A stretch of 64,000 nucleotides of DNA. Origin: Candidatus Methanomethylophilaceae archaeon. Lineage in GTDB: Archaea > Thermoplasmatota > Thermoplasmata > Methanomassiliicoccales > Methanomethylophilaceae. This document shows positions 9,304-19,269 of the stretch, piece by piece. The stretch spans positions 79,409-143,408 of the forward strand of contig JBMNQN010000001.1 in NCBI GenBank assembly GCA_050944155.1, given 5' to 3'. The position numbers and the translations under genes are program-made. Under the pieces are notes generated by a model, which saw only the letters and a program-made list of their open reading frames with translations, was not told where the DNA came from and did no database searches. Position 1 is the stretch's first letter; every line of letters begins with the position of its first letter.

Positions 9304-10536
9304 ATGAGCGATTCAGGTATTTCTGAAAGGGCAAGGTACGATTTTAAGAAAGCTATGCAGGAGATTATGCAGTACCGAGGCCGCAACACCGAATTGATTT
9401 CCGTATATATTCCGGAATCGAAACAGATTTCGGAGGTTATGGCGTATCTCAGGGAAGAACAGTCCCAGGCCTCCAACATAAAATCCAAAACGACGATGAA
9501 AAACGTCACGAGCGCAATAGACTCCATAGCCGCCCGTCTCAAAACGTACAAAAGTCCCCCGCCTAACGGTCTGGTGATTTTCTGCGGCGAAGTCCCCAGA
9601 GCAGGGGACCAAACCAAAATGGTTCAGTACACCATCGAACCGCTGGAACCCATAACCGCATTCATTTACAGATGCGATTCGTCATTCTTCACCGAACCCC
9701 TTGAGTCCATGCTTCTGGACAAAACTTCCTACGGACTCATAACCATAGACAGAAGGGAAGCAACTGTGGGAATCGTCAGCGGTTCCAGAATAATCGTCAT
9801 GAAGCACTTCGATTCCCTGGTCCCCAGCAAGCACCACCAGGGAGGTCAGTCTTCCGTCCGTTTCGAAAGGCTTATTGAAATAGCCGCCCACGAGTTCTAC
9901 AAAAAAGTCGCAGACTACTGCACCGAAGCCTTCCTGGACAAACCGGAACTCAAAGGAATCATCGTCGGCGGTCCCGGGGCAACAAAGGACTTTTTCGTCA
10001 AGGAAGAGTACCTGCACCACGAACTCAGAAAGAAAATCGTTCAGCCCCTTTTCGATACCGGAAACACTGACGAATCGGGTCTCAGGGAACTCGTGGAAGC
10101 CGCGAAAGACACAATGGAAGGTATCAAGCTCACCGACGAAAAGAAACACATGCAGAGGCTCCTCGGAGAAATCAGAAAAGCCGACGGAGGGCTTTCCGCA
10201 TACGGGGAAGACGAAGTCCGCACGGCAGCGGAAATGGGGGCCGTGGACACTCTTCTTCTTTCCGAATCCCTGAACAAAAGACGCATTACTCTGGAGTGCG
10301 GTTCGGGGCACGTAACCAAAGTCACCGTGGACAATGCGGACGAAAAGTTCGAATGTCCCGAATGCGGCTCGGCCGCCCAGGTAACCGAAGACAAAGATCT
10401 CATTGACGATTTCTTTGAAATCGCCGACGAGTTTTCGACGGATCTTCAGATAATATCTCCGGACTCCGAAGAGGGGGATATGCTTATCAGGGCGTTCGGA
10501 GGAATCGCCGCCGTACTCAGATACAGAATTTCGTGA
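9304..10536 (+). CDS. prf1: Peptide chain release factor aRF1
   Basis: NIKS, YRCDSSF and GGQS motifs; Zn-ribbon-like insertion (CGSGH...CPECG) in the C domain. Confidence 0.97.
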   Translation: MSDSGISERARYDFKKAMQEIMQYRGRNTELISVYIPESKQISEVMAYLREEQSQASNIKSKTTMKNVTSAIDSIAARLKTYKSPPPNGLVIFCGEVPRAGDQTKMVQYTIEPLEPITAFIYRCDSSFFTEPLESMLLDKTSYGLITIDRREATVGIVSGSRIIVMKHFDSLVPSKHHQGGQSSVRFERLIEIAAHEFYKKVADYCTEAFLDKPELKGIIVGGPGATKDFFVKEEYLHHELRKKIVQPLFDTGNTDESGLRELVEAAKDTMEGIKLTDEKKHMQRLLGEIRKADGGLSAYGEDEVRTAAEMGAVDTLLLSESLNKRRITLECGSGHVTKVTVDNADEKFECPECGSAAQVTEDKDLIDDFFEIADEFSTDLQIISPDSEEGDMLIRAFGGIAAVLRYRIS

Positions 10537-10546
10537 AGGAATCGAA

Positions 10547-12298
10547 ATGGAAATAACGTCTGTTTTCAGAAAAGAAGTTTCGGATGCGGTCGCCGGAGTC
10601 CTGTCGGAAATGGGATACAGCGGGGATTTCGTCACGGAGGTACCTTCCGTGGGAGACGCGGATCTTGCCGTTCCCTGTTTTGCGTTCGCAAAAACGATGA
10701 AAGCCTCCCCGAAGGACATTGCCCTGAAAATCGCAGAACGCATAAAGCCGTCGGGAACCGTGGGCTCGGTATCCGCGGTGAACGGATACGTTAATTTTTC
10801 GATAAGCACCGACGCACTGATATCCGGGACTCTCGGAGAGATAGTGTCGAAGGGAAAGGATTACGGAAGCTTCCCTCCCAACGGAGTGAGAGTCAACGTG
10901 GAGCACACGTCCACCAATCCGACCGGACCGATTCACGTGGGACGTGCCAGAAACCCGATAATCGGAGATACTCTGGCGAGATGTCTCAAAATGTGCGGTT
11001 ACGACGTGACCACCGAATACTACGTGAACGACGTGGGAAAACAGGTCGTGGTTCTCACATGGGGAGTGGAAAACATTCCGAAAGGTTCCCTGGACGAGGG
11101 AGACAGAGACAAGACGGACCACAAACTCGTCGCATACTACAGGGAAGCCAACAAACGGATGGAAGAGGACCCGAAAGCCGCCGAACAGATTTCGGAAATG
11201 CTGAGGGAGTTCGAAAAAGGAGACAGAAAGGTCATCGATTCCGTCCGCCACACGGCCGAAATCATGATGGAAGGGTTGAAGGAGTCCCTTTCCGGCATCA
11301 ACGTCGAGCTGGACAGATACACATGGGAATCCGATTTCATAGCCGACGGTTCCGCGGCTTCGGTGGTGTCGGAACTCAAAAAATCCGAATATGCCGGTCA
11401 GACCGAAGACGGCGCATGGTTCGTCGATATGGCAGAATTCGGCATCAACGGGAAAAATACCAAATTCACTTTCACAAGGTCGGACGGAACGACTCTCTAC
11501 ACGACCAGAGATCTTGCGTACCACCTTAACAAATTCTCCAGGTCCGACAGGGTCATAGACGTTCTTGGCGAGGATCAGAAACTCGGGTCGAAACAGTTGC
11601 GCATAGCTCTCAAGATGATCGGCTGCGACAGGGAGCCCGAACCCATGTTCTACTCTTTCGTATCCCTGCCCGAAGGCAAAATGTCCACCAGAAAAGGCGT
11701 CGTCGTTTACCTGGACGACCTGATAGACGAGGCGGTGGAACGCGCTTACGGCGAGATAAAGAAAAGGCGCACGGAAGATTCCGAAGACGGTCCGCAGAAT
11801 TTACGCGGAATGTCCGAAGAAAAAATGAGGGAAACCGCCCGCATTATCGGAGTCGGCGCCGTAAGATACAACGTGATAAGGGTTCAGCCGGAAAAACAGT
11901 TCACGTTCAAATGGGAGGAGGCCCTGAATTTCGACGGAAACAGCGGGCCGTATCTTCAGTACGTCCACGCCAGGGCTTCGAGCATTCTCCGCAGAACCGG
12001 CGAATTCGAATTCGATACCGATCCGTCCAAACTCACCGACGAATACGAGATAAAGCTGGTGAAGGTTCTTTCCAGGTTCGGCAACGTGATAAAGGAGGCT
12101 GGAGAACAGAAGAGAGTCAACGTTCTTCCCGCCTACGGACACGAAGTCGCCTCCGCGTTCAATCAGTTTTACGTTTCCGTCCCCGTTCTCAAATCGGGAG
12201 ACAGGATGAACGCGCGTCTGACCCTCGTATACTGTACAAAGACGGTTCTTGCGAATGTTCTCGACTGTCTGGGTATGGGTGCTCCGGAGGAAATGTGA
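10547..12298 (+). CDS. argS: Arginine--tRNA ligase
   Basis: EHTSTNPTGPIHVGRARN, KMSTRKG and GNSGPYLQYVHAR motifs. Confidence 0.97.
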   Translation: MEITSVFRKEVSDAVAGVLSEMGYSGDFVTEVPSVGDADLAVPCFAFAKTMKASPKDIALKIAERIKPSGTVGSVSAVNGYVNFSISTDALISGTLGEIVSKGKDYGSFPPNGVRVNVEHTSTNPTGPIHVGRARNPIIGDTLARCLKMCGYDVTTEYYVNDVGKQVVVLTWGVENIPKGSLDEGDRDKTDHKLVAYYREANKRMEEDPKAAEQISEMLREFEKGDRKVIDSVRHTAEIMMEGLKESLSGINVELDRYTWESDFIADGSAASVVSELKKSEYAGQTEDGAWFVDMAEFGINGKNTKFTFTRSDGTTLYTTRDLAYHLNKFSRSDRVIDVLGEDQKLGSKQLRIALKMIGCDREPEPMFYSFVSLPEGKMSTRKGVVVYLDDLIDEAVERAYGEIKKRRTEDSEDGPQNLRGMSEEKMRETARIIGVGAVRYNVIRVQPEKQFTFKWEEALNFDGNSGPYLQYVHARASSILRRTGEFEFDTDPSKLTDEYEIKLVKVLSRFGNVIKEAGEQKRVNVLPAYGHEVASAFNQFYVSVPVLKSGDRMNARLTLVYCTKTVLANVLDCLGMGAPEEM

Positions 12299-12795
12299 TG
12301 GAAATCAGAAAACTCAAGCTGAAGGATTTGGAAGGAGTACGTAATCTGGAACTCTCCTGTATCAGAGAATATTTTTCGGAAACCATAGAGAACAAATGGG
12401 AAGACCTTCCCGCCGAGTGGAAAGACAATCTCGGCGCCAGCAGCAAAAATCATTTCAAAGCGTATCTGGACAGCGGACTCAGTTTCGTGGCCGAGGAAGA
12501 CGGCGAAATAGTGGGTTTCCTTTTCGCCCAGATGCTGCACCATATAGGCGACGCTGAAAATATGGTCTGGATAGAAAATATGGGCGTACACCCGTATTTC
12601 AGACGGAACGAGATAGCCTACAGAATGCTTATCGCGTGTATAAAAGAAGGCAGAGCCATGGGTGCCGATGTGGCCCACAGCACGATACCCAGAGATAATG
12701 CGCCGTCCATACTGCTCCACAAGAAAGCCGGATTCTTCATGGACCCGAGGCAGGTCGCGTTGATCGACCTCAAGGATCCGAAACTGAAACTCTGA
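12298..12795 (+). CDS. GNAT family N-acetyltransferase
   Basis: FVAEEDGEIVGF, MGVHPYFRRNEIA, NAPSILLHKKAGF; TGATG-coupled to argS. Confidence 0.88.
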   Translation: MEIRKLKLKDLEGVRNLELSCIREYFSETIENKWEDLPAEWKDNLGASSKNHFKAYLDSGLSFVAEEDGEIVGFLFAQMLHHIGDAENMVWIENMGVHPYFRRNEIAYRMLIACIKEGRAMGADVAHSTIPRDNAPSILLHKKAGFFMDPRQVALIDLKDPKLKL

Positions 12796-13477
12796 ATCTC
12801 CCGGCAGTTTCGTCAATGAGTTCCGTTTCTTCCCGGGTGAGACCCGTTTCGTCGAAATCGAACAGTTCTCCGAAACCATCCCGTATATTTTTCACCATAA
12901 CATCTCTGGAAACCGAATGACCCAGACACTCGTTTACCGATGTGATTCCGTCATAGTTTCCGTGTTTCACAGGTTTAAGAATTTCTCCAGCAAGAGGTTC
13001 CGGTTCCATTATGAGGGTACCGTGATGGAGCACGAATCCGTCGCGGCGGTACTGTGCGCTTCCGGATATTTTCTTACCTTCCGAGAGTACGTCGTTGGGC
13101 TCTTTGAAAAAAGCATTTACGCCGGTTCTGCGCAGAGCCGAAATCAGGCATCCGCACAATCTTTCGTAAGATTCTGATTTCTTTCCGAAATTGTCCTCCG
13201 CAACCACGGAATAGATAATCTGGGACGTTCCGGTGAACACGGTACTGCCACCGCTTATGCGTCTGACCGCGGAAACGCCGTATTCCTTCAGTTTCCCGCA
13301 CCGGACGTCTTCTTCGATGTTTCTGAAACGTCCCAGGGAAACCGCAGGGCGGTTTCTCGAATATACCATGACCGTGCACGGCGCGAGCTTTCCGGAAACA
13401 TGCCCGAAAACGGCCGAATCCGCCGCCGCACCCCGCTCCGGATCCACATGACCCAGATCTGTGAATCTGCAGTTCAC
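12770..13477 (-). CDS. Lipoate-protein ligase A family protein (catalytic domain only)
   Basis: VSLGRF, VRRISGGSTV, PNDVL..GKKISGSAQ and HHGTL motifs. GTG start overlaps the upstream TGA. Confidence 0.88.
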   Translation of the reverse strand: MNCRFTDLGHVDPERGAAADSAVFGHVSGKLAPCTVMVYSRNRPAVSLGRFRNIEEDVRCGKLKEYGVSAVRRISGGSTVFTGTSQIIYSVVAEDNFGKKSESYERLCGCLISALRRTGVNAFFKEPNDVLSEGKKISGSAQYRRDGFVLHHGTLIMEPEPLAGEILKPVKHGNYDGITSVNECLGHSVSRDVMVKNIRDGFGELFDFDETGLTREETELIDETAGRFRVSVSDP

Positions 13478-14139
13478 TTGCGTTTGCTCTGGTATCTTCT
13501 TCTTTCGGTGGTGGTCTTGGTGGTTTTCGGAGCCTCTTTCGCGGATCTTCTGTTCCTTTCCTGCTGCTCCATTTCCGTGAACGTCATGGTCTTTTCCTTC
13601 TTGGGAACGTTGCGTCCCCTGACGTAGAACGCGACGGCTATGAGGATGACCACCAGTATTATCGCCACATACGTCGTCCAATCGGACCATATCGAGTGGT
13701 TTACGTTAATGACGACGTTGGCATAGTTCAGAGAATTTCCGTAAGAATCGGTGACGAACTCCACCTCGGGGGTAAGCGATTCTCCGTGAACCGTGAGGCT
13801 CTTTTCTCCGGAAGAACCGATCATGAATACGAGGGAAGCGACGGTAATTCCTCCGTTCCCCGAAACGGTAATCTCCGTACTGGCTAATTGATCTGTGCTG
13901 TTCTGGTACGTTACGTAAACCCGTACCTTAGCTTCTTCGGCGTTGTTGTTGATTATCGGTACGTCCAGGTGTCCCTCGGTTCTGTTGTCGAATCCGCCGT
14001 AGCCTATGTCGGAAGTCAGAATCATAAGGCTGCTGGATGCGGGCGCGGAATCCGCCTCATCCGAATCGATGATTCCCGCAAAAGGCAGAACTGCCGCTAT
14101 AACGAGAACCGTTGCAGCCAGGATAATTTTGTTTTTCAT
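13474..14139 (-). CDS. Secreted/membrane-anchored protein (signal peptide, Ig-like domain, C-terminal TM helix, basic tail)
   Basis: MKNKIILAATVLVIAAVLPFAG signal; TM segment YVAIILVVILIAVAFYV; K/R/T-rich tail. Confidence 0.8.
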   Translation of the reverse strand: MKNKIILAATVLVIAAVLPFAGIIDSDEADSAPASSSLMILTSDIGYGGFDNRTEGHLDVPIINNNAEEAKVRVYVTYQNSTDQLASTEITVSGNGGITVASLVFMIGSSGEKSLTVHGESLTPEVEFVTDSYGNSLNYANVVINVNHSIWSDWTTYVAIILVVILIAVAFYVRGRNVPKKEKTMTFTEMEQQERNRRSAKEAPKTTKTTTERRRYQSKRK

Positions 14140-14148
14140 CGGTAAACC

Positions 14149-15306
14149 TCAGGTTATTATTTCTTCCAGGCGCTCCTGTTCTATTGCACGCCTGATTTCC
14201 ATGGAAAGTCTTCTGCCCGTGCTCATCTCCTTTCTCCAGAGCGCATTTCCGTAAGGGTGTCCCACGGACATGTGGACGTTGGTTCCTCCGCCTATGCGGG
14301 GCGCAACGTCGTAAATGAAGAAATTGAGATCTTTGTCGACGCAGGTCTGCAGGCAGAACGGACCTATTATTCCGGGGTCGTAATACTTCTTGGAGGCCTC
14401 CACGTATTTTTCGGCCATGGCAAACGCCTTGTCCAGAAGAGACTCTCTGAGAGTGGCCGAGTTATGTCCGCATACGGTGTACTCGGGAATCACTCCCATT
14501 TCTTCCAGTTCGACCTGCTGTTTTCCGGGCAGCCTCGCGTATCCGTCCAGAGAGCTTTCGAATCTCCAGTCGATTCCGAGAAGCTCGAGTTTTTCTCCTT
14601 TTTCTTCCAAGGGAGAGTAGAAGAAATCCAAATTGAACACGGGACCGATGATGTACTGTTCCATTCTGGCGTGTTTAAGGAAATCTTCTTCGATGACGCC
14701 CTGCGAAATCAGTTCTTCGGATTTCTGCACGAATTGATCGTAATCTTTGACGGTGAAGAATCCTCTCTCGAGTTTTTTGGTCTTATGATGGACCTTGATT
14801 ATTGTCAGGTCGTTGATGTCTTCGGGTTTTTCGACCTTTTTGGGGAACGGAAGACCCGCTTTCTCGAGAATCCAATAATAATCCCTTTCGTCACCTCTTT
14901 CTTCCGAGCGCAGAAGGTTTCTGCTGCCGACGATGGGAACGGCGAAATCGTTTTCGATTGCGTCTATGCCGCAGTACGCCACAAGAGAACGGTTGGGAAC
15001 GAACAGTACGTTGTTTTCTATGAGACCGTTCTGGATTTCGGGTTTGAGAATGTCCGAGAATCTGTCGAGAACCACGGTTTCGTCTACGGCTCCTCTGACT
15101 ATTTTTCCGGAGCCGTCCCTCTGGGCTCTGAAGTAGTTGTTGAAAGTTTTCTCCCTGCCTTTCTGGCACACGGCCACGGTTCTGAATCCCTCGGAAACGG
15201 CTCCGTCGCAGGTGTCAAGCGCCGAGTGGGATCCGAGCACTCCGACTTTGGCTTTCTCGGGATTAATCTTTTTCAGGTTCCTGATTACCGTGTCCCTGTC
15301 TATCAT
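14149..15306 (-). CDS. purP: PurP-family formate--phosphoribosylaminoimidazolecarboxamide ligase
   Basis: LGSHSALD, VPNRS, ERGFF, ATLRESLL, GPFCLQT and APRIGGGTN motifs. Confidence 0.92.
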   Translation of the reverse strand: MIDRDTVIRNLKKINPEKAKVGVLGSHSALDTCDGAVSEGFRTVAVCQKGREKTFNNYFRAQRDGSGKIVRGAVDETVVLDRFSDILKPEIQNGLIENNVLFVPNRSLVAYCGIDAIENDFAVPIVGSRNLLRSEERGDERDYYWILEKAGLPFPKKVEKPEDINDLTIIKVHHKTKKLERGFFTVKDYDQFVQKSEELISQGVIEEDFLKHARMEQYIIGPVFNLDFFYSPLEEKGEKLELLGIDWRFESSLDGYARLPGKQQVELEEMGVIPEYTVCGHNSATLRESLLDKAFAMAEKYVEASKKYYDPGIIGPFCLQTCVDKDLNFFIYDVAPRIGGGTNVHMSVGHPYGNALWRKEMSTGRRLSMEIRRAIEQERLEEIIT

Positions 15307-15442
15307 TTCGTTCCTCTCGTTTCCGTAATCCGTCCCTTATATTATATTTTGTTGAAACGGGGACGTGTATCATCTGAAACGCCGTATTTTCCATAGAAGG
15401 TAAAAATACGGCCGCGGTCCTAGATATCGGCGGATGGTGCGT

Positions 15443-15550
15443 ATGTCGGAACTGTGGTTCGATACCGAAGGGATGATGTCCGCCGGATACCTCGGCGAAT
15501 GCGAAATCTGCGTTCCCGTTTCCGGTACCGTCTTCATAGACGGCATGTAA
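15443..15550 (+). CDS. Putative 35-aa acidic small protein with CxxC
   Basis: MSELWFDTEGMMSAGYLGECEICVPVSGTVFIDGM*; GGTG SD-like motif upstream; below the ORF-track length cutoff. Confidence 0.4.
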   Translation: MSELWFDTEGMMSAGYLGECEICVPVSGTVFIDGM

Positions 15551-15879
15551 GCGGACATCAAACGTTTTAGGGGCAACCCGTCCGAACGTTCCGAAGGCCC
15601 CGGATCGTTTCAGAACACATAACGGGCCTTACCTTCGTTTTTCGTTCTGTAAAAAAAAGACTCATCCCCCGACCGAGTTCATCGCATGTGCCAGACACAG
15701 ATATTTTCTTCAAATCCAAGCAGAAAATAAGTGCAAATAGCGACGCTTCGAAACACTCCGTGAGCAGGAGACGGTTACGGATTCTTCGGCTCCGCAAAAG
15801 TTTCCGGAAAGATTCGGACAACCATATTAAATACGAACAAAACCTACCGTTTTCTGCAAATAATTTAGGATGGGGATGC

Positions 15880-18800
15880 ATGAACTATAGAACGCTAGTC
15901 GGGATGCTAGCGGCGGCCTTCGTAGTTTTGGCTGCGGCAGCAATGGTTATGGACGGCGGAGACGCCGACGCGTATACGGACGAATCGGGTATAGAGTTCA
16001 GGATCGACGGAACCGAAGCCGCCGTCGTTTCATACGGCGGAGACGCCGGAAATCTGATTATACCCGCAGAAATTTCCACGGATACCGGAACTTACGGCGT
16101 ATCGGCCATCGATCGGGACGCCTTCAGAGGAAACGAAGTTCTGGTTTCGGTTTTCATACCCTCTTCGGTGAAAACCATCGGAGCGGGAGCGTTTATGGAA
16201 TGTCCGTATCTGGAATCCATTGAGGCAGACCCGTCGAACGATGTTTACGATACCGTTTCCGGTTCCCTGTTCTCCGAAGGCGGAGCATTCCTCATACAGG
16301 TGCCGGGTGCCGCGTCGTCCGTCGACATCCCCGAACAGACGTCAGGCATCCACAGGCGGGCGTTCGTCGGCTGCAGTTCCGTAGATTCGATAACCGTGGA
16401 CGAAAACAATTCATTTTACGTAACCGTCGACGGCTCTCTCTACACGGCCGACGGAAAAACGCTTGTACGCGCGGTAACCGGAATATCGGATTTCGCCGTT
16501 CCGGAGAACGTAGAGGAAATTGCGGCGGCCGCATTCTACGGCAACACCGATTTGATCTCGGTGTCGATACCGTACGGAGTCGAAACCATAGGCGAAAGCG
16601 CCTTTTACGGATGCATCAGTCTTGTCTCCCTGAAGATTCCCGCAAGCGTGACCGATATCGGCAGATTCGCCTTCGAGAGATGCGGTTCTCTCAGCTCGGT
16701 GACTCTTCCCGATACGGTATCTCTGGGATACTGGGTATTTCAGGGATGCAGCGCGCTCGGACTGATTACGGTTACGGGCGACACGGTTACCGATTACTCG
16801 GGCTTTGTTTCCGGAACATGGGCTTCCGGAGCGATAATCATCATAAACAGCACGGCCCCCGTCGATCTTTCGGCGGCAGTATCCGGCGCAGCCGGATTCG
16901 GAATATCCGGTAAGACGGAAAACACGGTGAACCATCCCGCCATACTTTCCGAAGAAGGAAATCCCGTCGATGCACCCGTTCCCGGAACCATATATCTGAA
17001 GACCCAGGACGGCAAATGGAAAGCCACCAGCGACAGGGCCGCAGTGATATTCGATTCCGCGGGAGACACCGTAGGACTTTCCGCGACAGCGGGAATGACC
17101 GCCCCTCTTCCCGCAGATCCGGTCATAACCGGAAAAAGATTCGCAGGATGGTATTCGGACATAGAACTTACCCGGGCCTGGGATGCGGATACGCTGGTTA
17201 ATTCCGGAGTCACGACCGTGTATGCGAAATGGTACACCGTTCTCGACGATGTGCCGCCCGCAGCCGAACCGGTATACAACGGCGCGGAACAGGCTGGAGT
17301 GCTTCCCTGCGAAGGATACATAATATCCGGAAACACCGGCGTTAATGCGGGAAGCTACACGGCTTCGGTCGTACCCGCGGAAGGATACGAATGGTCCGAC
17401 GGAACCACCGACGAAAGAACGGTGCACTGGAAGATTCTGCCTGCGCCTCTCACCGTGAAGGCGTCCGATAAAACCGCCGTATATCTTGGCGGTGTTCCGG
17501 AATTCGAAGTCGAATACACGGGACTGGCAGGGGAGGACACCCCGGAATCTCTGAACGGAGAACTGATTTTCGTCTGCGCTTACGTTAACGGAGACGGAGT
17601 CGGAGATTACGAAATATCCGTCGAAGGTCTGGCGTCTTCCGATTATTCCATAACTTTCGCAAAAGGAACTCTCAAAATCACGCCGGCCGACATAGAAGCG
17701 TCGGTCGAACCTTACGGCGGAATCTACGACGGAGAAGGACACTCCGTTTCCGTTTCGGTTTCCAGTCCCGGAACTCCCGTAATCAAGTTCGGAGAAACCG
17801 CCGAAGACTGTGTTTACGACTCGATCGAGAAGACGGACGCGGGAACCTATACGGTATACTACAGAATAACCATGGCCAATTACAAGGATTTGGAAGGTTC
17901 CTCTCGGATAGTCATTCAGAAAGGAACCATAGATTCTTCGAACCTCGAATGGGGAGACGGAACCAGGGAATTCGACTACGAAGAAGGAAAAACCGTTACG
18001 ATCGAACTGAGCGGCAGTCTGCCCCACGGCGTGGAAGCGTACCGTGCCGGAGTGTACAAAGCATCTGCATCCGGAACCTACCTGGCGTACGCGGTTTTCG
18101 AATTCGACGAAGCGAACTACAACCAGCCCGATCCGATGTACTTCGAATGGAGGATAATCGGAACACCCGTATCCGAACCCGAGGCGATAGGCGATTTGGT
18201 CTACACCGGAAAAGCCGTCTCCGGAGTAATCAACTTCGAACCGGACGGTACCAGCAAGATATACAGAACGGTTTACGGAACCGCGGCGGAAACGGATGCG
18301 GACGAATACAGAGCATTGGTCGCGCCGCAGCCCCAGTATACCTGGAAAGACGGAACCTCGGATCCGGTAATGATTCACTGGTCGATTTCCAAAGCGGAAA
18401 TAGACATGGAAGCGTTCTCCTGGGATTATTCGGAGAGTTTCGTCTATGACGGAGAAGAAAAGAAAGTCGATCTTCTCTGCGAAAAACAGCCCTTCGGAAT
18501 AACTTCCTGGACGGTTTCCGGAAATATCGGAACCAAAGCCGGAATCTATACGGCGGAAGCGGTATTCGAATACGACGCACGCAACTTCTTCGCTCCCGAA
18601 TTCGGAAACCTGGAATGGGAGATAAAGAAGGCCGACATAGTTACCGACGGACTTCAGTGGAATTACTCGTCCGCGTACACCTATAACGGTTCGGAACAGG
18701 GCGGTTTCGCAATAGTCGGAGATCTTCCCGCCGGAATAACGGGTCCCGCCGTGATTTCCGGAAACACCGCGACAAATGCCGGAACGTACACTGCGGAAGC

Positions 18801-19218
18801 GGTATTCCCGTACGATTCCGAAAACTATAACGAACCGGTATTCGCACCGATAAAATGGGAGATTCTTAAAGCGGAAATAGACCTGTCCGGACTGTTCTGG
18901 GACTATACGGAACCTCTGATATTCGACGGAACTTCCAAGACTGTTCTCCTTGCGGGAGAACTTCCCGTCGGAGTTTCCGAAATAGCGTACGAAGGGAACA
19001 CTGCCACGGAAACAGGAAACTATACCGCATCGGCGGTACCGGTGTACGATTCGCTGAATTACAACGAACCGGCCGCGATCCCGGACCTTGAGTGGGAAAT
19101 CCGCTATTCCGGCGGAGCTATGTCTTCCGGAGGAGCCAGTCTCGTGACCGGAGTCGTCATAGCCGCAGCAACCATTGCGGCTCTGGGCGGAGCGGTTCTG
19201 GCGGTAAGGAGACTCTGA
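15880..19218 (+). CDS. Adhesin-like surface protein (signal peptide, BspA/LRR_5 repeats, Listeria-Bacteroides repeat, MBG-like domain, tandem repeats, C-terminal TM anchor)
   Basis: IPSSVKTIGAGAF / IPYGVETIGESAF LRRs; GKRFAGWYSD...TVYAKW; recurring WxYSxxxxYDG...GNxxTxAGxYTAxA units; ends LGGAVLAVRRL. Start is ATG 15880. Confidence 0.9.
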   Translation: MNYRTLVGMLAAAFVVLAAAAMVMDGGDADAYTDESGIEFRIDGTEAAVVSYGGDAGNLIIPAEISTDTGTYGVSAIDRDAFRGNEVLVSVFIPSSVKTIGAGAFMECPYLESIEADPSNDVYDTVSGSLFSEGGAFLIQVPGAASSVDIPEQTSGIHRRAFVGCSSVDSITVDENNSFYVTVDGSLYTADGKTLVRAVTGISDFAVPENVEEIAAAAFYGNTDLISVSIPYGVETIGESAFYGCISLVSLKIPASVTDIGRFAFERCGSLSSVTLPDTVSLGYWVFQGCSALGLITVTGDTVTDYSGFVSGTWASGAIIIINSTAPVDLSAAVSGAAGFGISGKTENTVNHPAILSEEGNPVDAPVPGTIYLKTQDGKWKATSDRAAVIFDSAGDTVGLSATAGMTAPLPADPVITGKRFAGWYSDIELTRAWDADTLVNSGVTTVYAKWYTVLDDVPPAAEPVYNGAEQAGVLPCEGYIISGNTGVNAGSYTASVVPAEGYEWSDGTTDERTVHWKILPAPLTVKASDKTAVYLGGVPEFEVEYTGLAGEDTPESLNGELIFVCAYVNGDGVGDYEISVEGLASSDYSITFAKGTLKITPADIEASVEPYGGIYDGEGHSVSVSVSSPGTPVIKFGETAEDCVYDSIEKTDAGTYTVYYRITMANYKDLEGSSRIVIQKGTIDSSNLEWGDGTREFDYEEGKTVTIELSGSLPHGVEAYRAGVYKASASGTYLAYAVFEFDEANYNQPDPMYFEWRIIGTPVSEPEAIGDLVYTGKAVSGVINFEPDGTSKIYRTVYGTAAETDADEYRALVAPQPQYTWKDGTSDPVMIHWSISKAEIDMEAFSWDYSESFVYDGEEKKVDLLCEKQPFGITSWTVSGNIGTKAGIYTAEAVFEYDARNFFAPEFGNLEWEIKKADIVTDGLQWNYSSAYTYNGSEQGGFAIVGDLPAGITGPAVISGNTATNAGTYTAEAVFPYDSENYNEPVFAPIKWEILKAEIDLSGLFWDYTEPLIFDGTSKTVLLAGELPVGVSEIAYEGNTATETGNYTASAVPVYDSLNYNEPAAIPDLEWEIRYSGGAMSSGGASLVTGVVIAAATIAALGGAVLAVRRL

Positions 19219-19225
19219 AACCCTT

Positions 19226-19269
19226 TCGGGAAACCTTCCGGTACACAAAAGTGCCGGAGGTTTTCCCGA
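19226..19269 (+). terminator. Long stem-loop just after the adhesin stop
   Basis: TCGGGAAACCTTCCGGTAC-ACAAAA-GTGCCGGAGGTTTTCCCGA inverted repeat. Confidence 0.55.

Noticed and set aside
9245-9334. ORF-track N-terminal extensions (pyrH; likewise cmk, adhesin, lplA, folC, menG, GNAT)
   Set aside because: The extensions overlap neighbouring genes or promoters, and better SD-linked or stop-coupled starts exist downstream.
17900-19110. Adhesin repeats as a CRISPR array or DGR template/variable repeat
   Set aside because: The repeats are in-frame protein units diverged at the DNA level. There are no spacers, no adenine-specific pattern and no reverse transcriptase or cas gene.
16411-19248. Very long antisense ORFs (945 aa here; also 45115-47928, 42002-43573, 49814-51319, 62633-63985)
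   Set aside because: They lie opposite well-supported genes and have no motifs. They are best explained as shadows of codon bias (few TTA/CTA/TCA codons on the coding strand).
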